NCBI RefSeq assembly: GCF_006345805.1 | Contig: NC_042999.1 | Coordinates: 96,038,001 to 96,102,000, forward strand | Direction of reading: 5' to 3' | Source of the DNA: Octopus sinensis | Lineage: Eukaryota | Length of the DNA: 64,000 nt | Part shown: in pieces, positions 50,391-62,343 of the stretch | How the letters are laid out: each line of letters begins with the position of its first letter | Numbering within the stretch: position 1 is the first letter of the stretch | Made by a program: the position numbers and the translations under genes | Notes under the pieces: model-generated | Database searches by the model: none | What the model saw: the letters and a program-made list of their open reading frames with translations, nothing else | Told to the model about the DNA's origin: nothing

Positions 50391-51665
50391 TCAGGTTGAG
50401 TAAAAAATAAGCAACAATTTGAATCATGAAGAATTTGTACTAGACTTTTGCAGTTTTTAATTTATTTAAACATTTTTTTGCAATTGTCTGATAATACAGA
50501 CATAGACTTGCTCAAATGCATCAGTAAATTAACATTGATATTTTTTCGCCATTGTTACAATCATCTAAAATGGAACTGTCAATGTGAAATATTTGAGCAA
50601 TTTTGCTATTCAACTTCACCAAAGGATGTAAACAGTTGAAACTTCTTGGGATATCAATGAAACATTGGTAAGGAAATGACCAGTTACTGGTCAGCTCGAA
50701 AATGGTTTAAATGACTATGCAGTGGGGACCTGAGCCTTGAAGATTGTGAGCATAGTGGACAGCCATGTGTCATTGATGATAGTCAGTTAAAGACCATCAT
50801 TGAGAAAGATCCACATAAAACCACTTAAAAACTGGCAAAAGAGCTTCAAGTTAGCCAGAAAACTGTCTGCAATCATTTGCATGCAATCAGAAAATAAAGA
50901 AGCTCAACAAATGGGTCCCGCACAATTTGAGTGAAAATCAGAAAATGTGTAGATATGAAATTTGCTCATTGCTTCTTCTCCATAACCAGACCAATCCATT
51001 TCTCAATCGTATTGTAACTTGCGATGAAAAGCGGATTCCATACAGAAATTAAAAAAAATGTTCTTCATAGGGGTTGGACCAAAATGAAGGACTGCAAACT
51101 TTCCTTAAACCCGACCTCTTCAAAAGGAAAGTTACGATGACTGTTTGATTGTGTACTGCTGGACTTATTTATAACTGCTTGAAATCCAGAAAAACCATTA
51201 CTGCAGAAACATATTGCCATGAACTTGCCAAAATGAACGAAAAACTGCAACTCGTCCATCCTAGACTGTTCAACAGAAGAGTGCCAATCATTCTTCATGA
51301 CAATGCTCAACACATGTTTCACTAATGACAGTCCAGAAGTGGAGGGAACTTGGCTACGAAGTTCTTCCCCACCCATCTTATTTTCCAGACCTTTCTCCTA
51401 CCAACTACCACTTTTTCAAGCACCTTGATAGTTTCCTGCGAGAGGAGTTCAAAAATCAAACCAATGCTGAAAGTGCATTCAAAGAGTTTGTCAGCTCCAA
51501 AACTCCAGACTTTTATGTTACTGGAATAAACAAACTTGTAACTCATTGGCAAAAATGTGCTGATTGTAATGGTACTTACTTTGATGAATAAAATTTTCCT
51601 ATAGTTGAGATATATTGTGATAAATTTCATGTTTCAAAACGTTGCTTACTTTTTACTCAGCCTGA
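50391..51665 (+). mobile_element. Full-length decayed mariner element (1275 bp)
   Basis: TIRs TCAGGTTGAGTAAAAAATAAGCAAC / GTTGCTTACTTTTTACTCAGCCTGA with TA on both sides, enclosing a transposase pseudo-ORF. Confidence 0.95.
50570..51591 (+). pseudogene. Mariner (DD34D-type) transposase pseudogene
   Basis: Motifs KWVPHNL, IVTCDEK, LHDNA, HPSYFPDLSPTNYHFF and KLVTHWQKC..CNGTYFDE*; multiple stops and frameshifts. Confidence 0.93.
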
Positions 51666-52776
51666 TAGTAATATTGTGTGTACCTAGTTTAACTATCTTG
51701 ATGGATCATTAGTTATTTAGCTTTCATTCAAGTTCACCAGTGGCTGACCAATGAACTATTTTTATCACCTGTTATTCTATATTTGTTTTGTCACTAAGTA
51801 ATTCAAGGAAAGAGACCAACAGACCTATTAACTTCCAACCATGAAAATTAATATAAAGTTTTCTGAAAGTATTTAATTACTCTGTTTTAATGTTCGTATG
51901 AGTCCTTGTTAGGATAGAATTCCATATGTTTTCACATCACTGCTAGACAGGCACAGTATCTTTGTCACTGTAAGTCCTAAAATTGAAGTTGTTTATCTAA
52001 TATGTTTATTTTGTGTGAATGAATCTAAGTGCTGAGCCATTCTTACCATTGACTTCCACAGTTCTGTAGGGATTTAAAATAAATGGTTAAGATCTCTCAC
52101 ACACATACACTTTTTTTCCTTATTTCCTACACATCCACAAAAATAGATCACTTATTTTTTGATATGATAATTTGATAGTAGTCAGATAGCATATGATTTG
52201 TGAATACAGGTTGAAAAATATATCATAATACAGTGAAAAATAATTTTTACACAATTTTTAGTAAAAGTTAGGTGTGCATATTTGCTCATTATAAGTCAGT
52301 TGAATAATTGTATTGTTGAAAAGTGCAATTAAAATTGGCCTAGCAGAAAGAGAGAAGGCAATTTTGCATTTAATTCAACTAGGAAATGTCTTCACTTAAG
52401 TCTAGCTGAATGAGATTAATTCAATGCTGTAGAAAATAATATTAAATGAATGCCTTTGAGTTAACATTTCCTTTTGAGTGATGCACATATGCTAAGAGAT
52501 CATGGCACTAAAGTAGAAGAAAAAGAATTTGACATGTGTTATTGAATTGTTTGGAATAGACATTACGAAAAGATTTCTCACTTAACTTATTACTTGATTC
52601 AAAACAGCTAAAAGAACTTTAGTTCTGTTATGTCAAGTGAAAACCAAACAGAAAGCTAACCACTAGCTAAGAGTGAGATAGCACAAAATAGAAAATTTTG
52701 TCCATGGCTACTGAGTGAAAAATCAGAAAGGAAGAGCAAGACAAAAAGGTTTGACTGTTATTTAAATAGTTTAAAG

Positions 52777-54170
52777 CAAAGGTTCTCAACCCATTTTGGC
52801 CAAAGGACCCCTTTTGACCCTTGGAGTTACAAATGGCCCCTCTAGAAAATATTTTAATTTTTCAATATACTACTTATTTTGATATCAGCTGATAATGGCT
52901 AAATAAAGGACATCATTTTACATATGTGCTTGTATGTGGTTGGGAATACAAATTGAAATACAAAAAAACGAAATAATGAATTGAAAGTTTTGTAATTGCG
53001 TTTATTTCCACCACTTGACAGTTATGAAATCTACATGTTGTCTATTGAAAGAGTCTTCTTTGGTACAAGTAAATGCCAGTGAAATCATTTCAAACCTTTC
53101 TCTTATCAAAACAGCTAGAACTTGTGCAACAATCTGACATATAAGTTATTGTCACCCGGGAAGAGGATTTTTATGCTCAAGAAAAATGAGCTAATGAGGT
53201 ACTCTTTATATGGTTGTTCAATTTGCTAGAAATAACAGCCAAATCTCCCTCATACTATGCTCCTGTTCGTATTAAGGAAAGGGAAAATATTTATTCCTCT
53301 CCATGATTACGATTAAAATTAACATTTTTGATTTTGTTCGGCTCTATGAATTTAATTTTTTTTAATGCTTCTGTCCATTGCTTGATACAGGAAATTGGAA
53401 AAATCCTGACCAAAAAAAGAGAAATTCTAACTTAACAAAAAATATGGAATGAGAAAGAAAAGTTTCTGTTTTCCAAAAGCCAAAAGATGCTGAAGTGTAA
53501 TTTTATAATTAAAACAAATTCAAAATTTAAATTTCAGAACGTAAGACTTACCACGTTATCTTGTGTTCAAATGTGTATAAAACCTAAAACAAATGTGTAT
53601 GTATGTGTGTGTGTGTGGTTGGGTCTTTAATAACCAGGGGTCAGTTTAAGTTCAATCACAGAAAGGAATACAAAATGACAATGAATGCAATCATATGCAT
53701 ATAAACATACCCATACACAAATACATACCTATCAGCCACTCCCAAAAGCCAGTATGTTCCTGCCAAGATTTTGACCACCATTCTTTATATATTTGCACAC
53801 ACATACACACTCATTCAGCTTTTATTCATTACTTTTTTCTTTTAGTCATCTGTCACTATTCATCTATTTTTAGTTTTTGTTTTGGGGGTTTCACTTTAGC
53901 AACACCAATTACACATAGTACCAGGAATTTTTTTGGTGTTGCTAAAGTGGAAAAAATATTTTAAGTATTTGAAAATTTGAAATAGAAAGACATGTTTTTT
54001 TAAAAAAAACTGACGGTTACAGAGATGTGAAAATATGACTACTACTCATTAATTTCAAATTGAATTTACTAAAGTTGAGAGTCTTCCAGCGCCCCCTAGC
54101 ACCCCCAAATCTTTTAACGCCCCCCACCCAGTGCCCATTTGCTCTAAATTTCCCCTGTTGAGAACCTTTG
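52777..54170. mobile_element. Non-autonomous hAT (Charlie-like) element, 1394 bp
   Basis: Perfect 14-bp TIR CAAAGGTTCTCAAC/GTTGAGAACCTTTG and perfect 8-bp TSD GTTTAAAG (52769-52776, 54171-54178). Confidence 0.93.
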
Positions 54171-55237
54171 GTTTAAAGTAACTCATAGAATTCTGTTCTT
54201 TGATTAGCTTGGATAACATGCAACAAAATAAGGAAACATTTAAAGTGTCACTTAAAATGAGGTCACTGCAATTCTTTTGCACAAGTTTCAGCATAAACTT
54301 CAGTCTAAATGCAAGTCGATTTGAGTTTCCTATATCATCTTTGCTTTACCTTTAACAAGAAAATATCTGGTCATTTAAGCAAATCTCACACTATCATAGT
54401 CAACAGCCCAAATAAAATCCAGTTTTCTAAAACATTTACAAAATTGTTACAAAGAAAATGTTCCAGAAGTGAACTTGCTTTTGTATCAATTTGTTATCAC
54501 CTCAGACTTTATCAACTTTTTGTGTAAGCTCAAAAATTTACTGTAGATACTGTTAACCAATGTCATGACATAACTGCCCAGTTTTGTTTGTTATGTCAAC
54601 AAAATTTCTACAGTTTCAGTTTTTGATCCAATCTGTATAAACTAAATATACTATTGTGAATATTCTAAACATATCTCACATTTAGTTATGTATTTATTTA
54701 TTTTTTGTTTAAACAAAATAGACTAACTTTTCACAAAATGCATCCAAGATGAAAAGTAAATATGCTATATTTGAGAATCTGACTAAAAATTTTGCATAAA
54801 ATATTTCCATTTCTTACAACAAATATTTTTAACAGAGGAATCAATATAATTGTAATAAAGCCAATATTCACTTTTTTCCCTTTCATTCTTTAATAGATGC
54901 TCCTAAGAAGAGTTTATTCCAAATATCTACTGCAAATAATAATCCTGTCTCTCTGTCTCTCTCTCTCTGCCTTCCCTCTGCCTATAGACATTTCTGTCAA
55001 TATGGTTGTTTTATAATATGTAATCTCATTCTTCTTCTACATCTCCTTTTACCTCAACCAACGATTTCTGCAATCTAGTCACTCCTCTTTTTATTTTCAT
55101 CCAATCTTTTATATTTTCAATACACATTGAACATTCTGATTAAATGGTGGTCAGATGGGTACAGACAAATATGTTTAGGTAAAAGTGAGATTAAAATGTG
55201 AGAAATAGGTTAGTGATTTGTTGGACATTACAATGTA

Positions 55238-55557
55238 TGAGGGGATCCTCAAAAGTAACCAAAAACCTTTTCTGTGGGACAAGCCCGTTGTAGTTCAGAC
55301 TTCTGCCTCTAGAAGCCTCTTGATGTGACGCTTAGGTATCAGTTGTCAAGTGTAGTTCTACTGTCACATGATGTGTCTTTGCTGTTTATCAGTTTTTGCG
55401 ATGGTTGAGATGTAGGAATAGCATGCTTCCATGAAATTCTGTTTTGTGCTGGGGTAAACAGTAGCTGAAACAATTGTCAAGCTTCAAACAGCTTTCAAGG
55501 CAACTGCCATGAGCAAAACATAAGTTTATGAGTGGTTTCAGTCAAAATGGCAAAGAT
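55238..55557 (+). mobile_element. Mariner 5' fragment (second subfamily)
   Basis: TA|TGAGGGGATCCTCAAAAGTAA TIR-like end; peptide SMKFCFVLG*TVAETIVKLQTAF..AMSKT*VYEWF matches the mariner N-terminal HTH. Confidence 0.75.
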
Positions 55558-57229
55558 TGGCCTCTGTACCAATAACACTGATGTAGGATGAGTGCAAGAG
55601 ACAAGATGTGTTGTGTCCATTGAAATCAGTGAGGATAATGACATGGTTCTATTAACTGCTTTTACTAAATATATTTTACTGTCATGGTAACTAAGGAGGC
55701 TCTTCCTTGTTAAGTAACTAGAAATAGCAACCCAAAGTCTCTCAAATCACTCCTATCTTCAAAATAGGACATACTGGATAATGAAATAATCAGCTATGTT
55801 TGAAAAAATGTTCTTATTGTTAATGGCTGCAATAATTTTGACCTTAAGTGTATTTGATCAGAGTTGATCTGGGGTTAAAAATACATATTCTATTGCTTTC
55901 ACTTCACTTCATTGTTATAAAGCCTGATTTACAAACCTCATTGATTTATATTCATGATTTTAGAAGGATTTTTTTCTTTTTACTCTCATTTTTTTTTTGT
56001 AATTCTTTGTCTATTTGTTCCTATAATTTTAATACCTATTCTATTGATTCTGGTCCCAATTAAGTTACTTTATGTAGGATTCAAGCAGCAATAGATAGAA
56101 ATTGCCTGAAGTAATTGGGTAGAGAATTAAAGGAACAGTGAACAGAAATGCAACACAAGATCAGTAATGGAACTGAAACGACACTGAGACAGAGAAAGGC
56201 ACTTGAAATTGTAAGGCATAAGTAGTTGGTTTATTTTATTGTACATGGAACGTCTATATATGACTGAAACAGTAAAATATCCTATGAGATGAAAGCAGTT
56301 TTTGCTACATCTCTCCTACAAGGATAAAAAGACAAAAAGTGATAGGATTTTTTTAACCTAAGGGATTAAGCTATAAAAATGCAGTAGATATCAGCCTACA
56401 AGGATAACTGATTTGAAGAGTTAGAAAGGAAAATGATAACTTGTTTGTAAGTGGAAATGTGCAAGTCAATCAGATGGAAGCAGAAGAGAAGAACTAATAA
56501 AACCACTAAAAATAGAGATAAAAATACATGAATATTGCTTTAAAAAATAGAAGAGGCAAAGAACTTAGAAATCAGCAGTGATTCAATAAACTGTAAAATA
56601 AGTCTGCACCCTGACTGTTGGTTTCTGAGAACAATAAGAAGTGAAGTTTACTACTATGTAATAGCACTTCTGATCAGTAGCAGAATGCTGCCTAATTTTG
56701 GTTGTTTTACAATATTTTAGAAATTTTCACTCCCAATTCTCCTCTCACAATTTACTCACCTCTTTCTCTGTTCTATTTCCCACTTCATTTTTGTTACTCA
56801 TCATTTGTCTTTTCATTTCTCTCCATTAGTTCTAAATAATATGGTCAGATAGAAATTACAGTATCTATCTACTTGTCTGTCTATCTATCTATCTATCAAT
56901 TAATCAATCATCATAATCATCTTCATTGACTTATAATTGTGGTCATGTGTTTGTGTATGAAATAAGCAAAATATTTACATTGATATAAGTGTTAGAATAG
57001 ACAAATAAAGAAATATATAGCACTAGTCTGTTTTGGTAGTGAAATTTCCATTTGCAATTTTTATTGTTCAGCTTAAAAAAAATGTGGGTACACTTTTTCA
57101 TTCTCACTATACTTTCTCTTGTTTACATTATATTTTCTAGTTAATTCTTCATATCATTTTACACAATTCATTTCTTCTTTCTACATTTGTTATATGCTTT
57201 TTGTTGCTAACACACACTCACACAGTCAT

Positions 57230-57247
57230 GTATATATGCTTATATAC

Positions 57248-57320
<73 letters not shown>

Positions 57321-57639
57321 CAAGGTGATTCAAAACGAAAAATTTATTTTTTATAAGGAACAGTTAAATAAAAGAAAAACTGATTCTCATAAAAAAATAA
57401 ATTGTTCTTGCATATGGCAACTTCTGAATCACCCTGTATATATATGTATATAGATACATACATACATATATGTGTAAATATATAATCTATACATATAAAT
57501 ATGTGTGTGAATATATGTATAGGTATATGTAAATGTTTAATTTATATAGAGAGCTATATAGCTATAGACATATGAATGTGTGTATGTGTACATACATATA
57601 TATATGTATAGTTCTATATGTATATACATATGTATATGC

Positions 57640-57670
<31 letters not shown>

Positions 57671-57929
57671 TATATGTATGAATGCTTCTATACATATGTG
57701 TACGTGTGTGTGTGTTTATGTATTTATATATCCACATAAAAAGCATCCAGTACACTCTATAAAGTGATTGCCATTAGGAAAGTCATCTAGTGAGAGAAAC
57801 CATGCTGAAATAGGTATTGAAGCTCGGCACTGTCAGTTCCTCTTGAACTACCCAACCCATGATCATAATGCATTCTTTTGCAGGTATATATACATACATG
57901 CATATATGTATTACATACATGTATTTATG

Positions 57930-57970
<41 letters not shown>

Positions 57971-58037
57971 TATACGTGTATCAATGTATGTATATATATG
58001 TATATATATATGTATATGTGTATATATATGTGTATGA

Positions 58038-58105
<68 letters not shown>

Positions 58106-58170
58106 GTATGTGTGTATATATATGTGTATGAATATATATATATATATATGTATGTGTGTATATATAAAAT
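57230..58170. repeat. (TA)n-dominated microsatellite field
   Basis: Direct observation; source of several Y/I/H/T-rich pseudo-ORFs. Confidence 0.95.
57321..57436. mobile_element. 116-bp Tc1/mariner-type mini-MITE in a (TA)n tract
   Basis: TA|CAAGGTGATTCAAAA ... TTCTGAATCACCCTG|TA. Confidence 0.7.
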
Positions 58171-58709
58171 CTTCTCATTCACTTATCTCAATACCACAAT
58201 TTTACTATTTCAAAAATATTGTATTAGATATTCTGTTTCAGTTAATTTTCTTTGTACATTATTCCTTTTCAATTTTTTCTCCTCACTTTAATTATCTTCC
58301 CCTCCAATTGCATTTCTTTAGTGTGTTATATTGATGTTAATTAACAGATGCATATCACACTTAGTAATCTGAATAGCCCCACATACCCCTCCCTACAATA
58401 CAAACAATGATCTACAGAAGTGAATAAATCATATGAGGGAGAGGGGGGGGATAACAGCAAAGAAGTAATGCCACTATAGAATAGGAAGCTAGATTTTGGA
58501 TGCTAGTATTTTGATGTAGGGTGTCGAATAGATTTAATCTCACTAAATACTGTCATACACAATCAAATAAATATACATACATAAATATCTTCATACACAT
58601 GTACAGAACATAAATCAATCACTATTAAACGTACTCTAGTATTCAACTAGAATTCTTCTTTTTTCATTACTTCTGGCAGAGAATTCAACTAGGTATGATT
58701 TTTCTATAG

Positions 58710-59051
58710 GGCTACTACTGCTATCTATCCCATCAATAGATTTGTATTTAAAATGATACTGCCCCAACCATCATATAATAAATTAAGGAGAAATGTTAAA
58801 TGCTCCTTATACAAATACATACTCATACACTTGAAAAAATACCTCACAACGGGTTTTATATAAAGAGGAAAAGAACACTTTTTTATACATGGGAACTCTA
58901 TTTTTCTATCAACTGGATACTGTGTGTTATTACAAAAACACACAGGATGGATGTTTTACTAGGATGTGTGACTTCAGAGGATGGAAACTCTCTACATAAC
59001 ACAGACAGTCAAAGGCTATGTCACATTTTACAGTGTGACTGTATATCTAAG
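58710..59051 (+). pseudogene. Candidate exon (342 nt, phase 2 to 2) with three in-frame stops
   Basis: ttttctatag| ... AAG|gtaaga; 113 whole codons with TAA 58861, TAG 58960 and TGA 58969, ending LQRMETLYITQTVKGYVTFYSVTVYL. A stop-free 89-nt alternative (58963-59051, different frame) exists. Confidence 0.35.
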
Positions 59052-59479
59052 GTAAGAAAAACAAATTATTGTACATTTGAAATGTACATAATGGAGGGTC
59101 CATAGATGTCACTTCAACCATACATACCAGCATAAACATGCATTGGATGACAAAAATGTTTATGTAAATATACATAACTGGTGATATCTGTATGTATTCA
59201 GGTGTACTTGTATGTGTGCGTGTGTGACATATATAAGTATAGATAGCTTGATAGATAGATAGATAGATAATATATATATATATACACATATATGGGAGAG
59301 AGAGAGAGAGAGAGAGGGACAGATAGACAGACAGAGAGGTGGGTGTGTTCTTGTATACAGTACTCAGGTGTGTTTGTATATGTATGTGATGTATGTTTAT
59401 ATATCTATGTATATGTATTTATGCATCTACATAAGTATGTGTATGTGTGTTTGTGTATTTATACATATATCTTTCACTT

Positions 59480-59680
59480 TTTACTTCTGTCAGTCATTGA
59501 GCTACAACCACACTGGGACACTGCCTTGAAAGGTCTTAGTCAAACGAATTGACCCCAGTATTTATAATTTTTGAAGCTTGGTACTTATTCTTATGATTTC
59601 CAATGCTGAATTGTTACATTCAGAGGATGTAAACACATAATCACTAGCTGTCAAGCAATGGTGGTGATGGGCTAAATAGT
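59480..59680 (-). mobile_element. tRNA-SINE 3' fragment
   Basis: cttttacttctgtcagtcattg...ttgaccccag...ggtacttattc matches the 7525/7964 family tail. Confidence 0.6.
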
Positions 59681-60174
59681 GATACTCACACAACCATGCC
59701 TCCACCTATGATATAATATACATCTTTTTTCATCCCTAACTGGTGACTGGAGAGTGGGGCTGTACTCTCAGCCAATATCTTGCTGTGCTTGCATATACAT
59801 GTGTGTATGTGTATGTATGATAAAATATTTAATAAATATATAAATATGAATGTAATAAGTGCACACACACACAAGTGTATGTAAATATGTTCATACATAT
59901 GTATATATCGATGCATATTTATTATATATAAGTATATGTATATACAATTCATGTTTAGTAATATTATGTATGCATGTATCTGTATGTTTGTCTCTATATA
60001 TGCATACATGTATATGTATACAAGTTTATATACATACATATATACAGACATGTATATACACATACAGCTTTATATGTATTCAAATATATATATTTGTATG
60101 TGTTTATATATGCGTAGATTTATGTTTGTGTATATATACAGTACATATATATGACATATCAGTTGTTAGTGTGT

Positions 60175-60213
<39 letters not shown>

Positions 60214-61161
60214 TTCATCATCGTTTGACATCTGCCTTCCATGCTGACATGGGTGGGACATACACACATCATCATCATCATTTAACGTCCGTTTTCTGTG
60301 CTGCGCATATAAAAACACTGATCCTGATCAGCTAGGTGTATCTGGATTGTGACTGTTATTCAATGCTACTCCTTTATCACTGATTCTACTTGTGGTTTGC
60401 CTTAATTGTACACATGTCTCTGGATTGCTCATTCATTTACTTACAAATTGAATTCACTAGCAATTGAAGTGATTAAACAACTAAATCGTAATCATCATTG
60501 TCAAAATATATACATATGTGTGTGTGTGCACGCGCACGTGTGCATGTAATTGGTACAGACATGGTTATTTAGATAAGAAGTTTTATTCCTAGCCACATGG
60601 CTTCTGTGCTCCATTGTAGCATCTTGGGTACGTGCCTAATACCCTCACACTGACCAAATCCTTGTTTGGATGTGGTAGACAGCAACTGAAAAAGACTTGT
60701 ATATGTGTGTGTGTACGTCACATACTAAAATATATATATACACATGCACACATGTTTGTGTGTATGTTTGTATCACCTTTTCTTGACATTACAAAATAAT
60801 TGCAATGTCAGCTGTTATTCATTTCCAATTTACTGTGAAAATGGGTTCAACCAGGAAAAATATTACTTCGCTTGGAAACAGAGAATTGGCAACAGGAATA
60901 ATATCCAGCTTTAGAAAATTTGCATCAACATATTCAGTCTCACCCATGATGGTGAGGATTTATATATACACACCTATGTTATATCTGTATATGTTATACA
61001 TCCTCATTATATATGTGTGTGTCTGTAGAGACATATGAATGCATGCACACACTGATAATTATATATACATATGCATATGTGGTATCTATGTATTTAATAC
61101 ATATACATTTCAATATATGTTTCAATAAATGTGCAACTATATCCAAATTTACTCCTTTATA

Positions 61162-62000
61162 TTTAGATTTTTCATACTTCCTTAGTTTTTTTGGTTCTTG
61201 GTTTTCTTTTTACAGTTGTTTTGAAACAGTAGAACTCCTAAATTCATATTCAATATTTCTAGAACTTCACAGTCTCATTTTCAAGAATTGAATATATTTG
61301 GAATTTGTGTAGATTTTCCTGCCAATGATTTTTCTGACCATCAGCTTCATGCATTAGTAGTCACATGTTGATTTGTTTGTTGTAGTAAAATTTTTGGTTG
61401 TTCTTTTTTATATGTTGATAATAATGTGTTAATTTTTATGGTTTTTGTAATTAATCATCTGGTTTTGTGTGGAAATTTATAAATTACATCTCTCCCATGT
61501 AAGTTCAACATGCACTGCAGCATGGAGCTGTTGTACATCATTATAGCACATCCCATAAAATAAAATGAAATTAGATAGGAAAATACTAGTGAAGAATACT
61601 TACATACATCGTAATATACCACACAAAAACAAAAGACTGACTATAGAAACCAAATTCCTATTGTAGTAAATTGCCAAAACATATGCATCAAAGCATTAAC
61701 ACACAGCTACTGACATTAAAAAATAAAAAAAACCTAACTGTTAAAATTTGACCATAACAAACAAATCAACATATGACTTCTGATGCATGAAGATAACAGT
61801 CACAAAACCTTAGGTGGCAAAGTCTACATGAATTCAACTAAACTAAACTGAAACACAACAATTCCAAATATATTAGATTCTTAAATATAAAACTGCTTAT
61901 GTCTGGAAGCATCAAATAGGAATTTGAGACCTCTACTTTTCCAAACCAATTGTAAAACACTATCAAGAACTTGGAAAGGTTCTAAAATTAAAAAGCTAAA
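61162..62000. repeat. Old fold-back (arms about 61162-61395 and 61743-62000)
   Basis: Diverged but collinear reverse-complement alignment, e.g. catgttgatttgtttgtt / aacaaacaaatcaacatatg. Confidence 0.7.
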
Positions 62001-62120
62001 TTTTGAACATAGTCAAGTTTTATCTTTCTTATATGAAAAACAAATAAATAAAATTTGAACATAGTTATACATTTAATGAAACATGCAGAAAAGAAAAGCA
62101 GTTCCCCACATATAAAAACA

Positions 62121-62163
<43 letters not shown>

Positions 62164-62343
62164 CACTATATATGTATATATACATATACATAAAGTAACA
62201 AAATAAGGAAAGGAATTCCTTCAAAGGGGTGTGTAAAACATCCAATTCACAGGTATGTCAGTTGAATACCGCATAAATATAGATATAATGCAAATTACAA
62301 ACAATAAGTTAAATAGAGAGATTCAATTGACAATCCAATAGTT

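Larger units (their letters stand above)
4335..59051 (+). pseudogene. Candidate multi-exon decayed (unitary pseudo)gene, product unknown
   Basis: Phase-compatible chain of AG/GT-bounded segments: 4335-4382, 5051-5178, 21437-21513, 25290-25393, 30749-30811, 34059-34116, 37326-37388, 37518-37658, 44680-44877, 58710-59051. There are 11 in-frame stops in six of them. Exons were picked by eye. Confidence 0.4.

Noticed and set aside
4335-59051. Selenoprotein explanation for the in-frame stops
   Set aside because: The stops include TAA and TAG as well as TGA, and no SECIS-like element was identified.
57119-60335. Many Y/I/C/V-rich ORFs (up to 158 aa)
   Set aside because: Read-through of (TA)n/(TG)n arrays, with no splice or codon signal.
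62124-62163. (TAT)n run giving poly-Asn in a minus-strand ORF
   Set aside because: A simple trinucleotide microsatellite in non-coding context.
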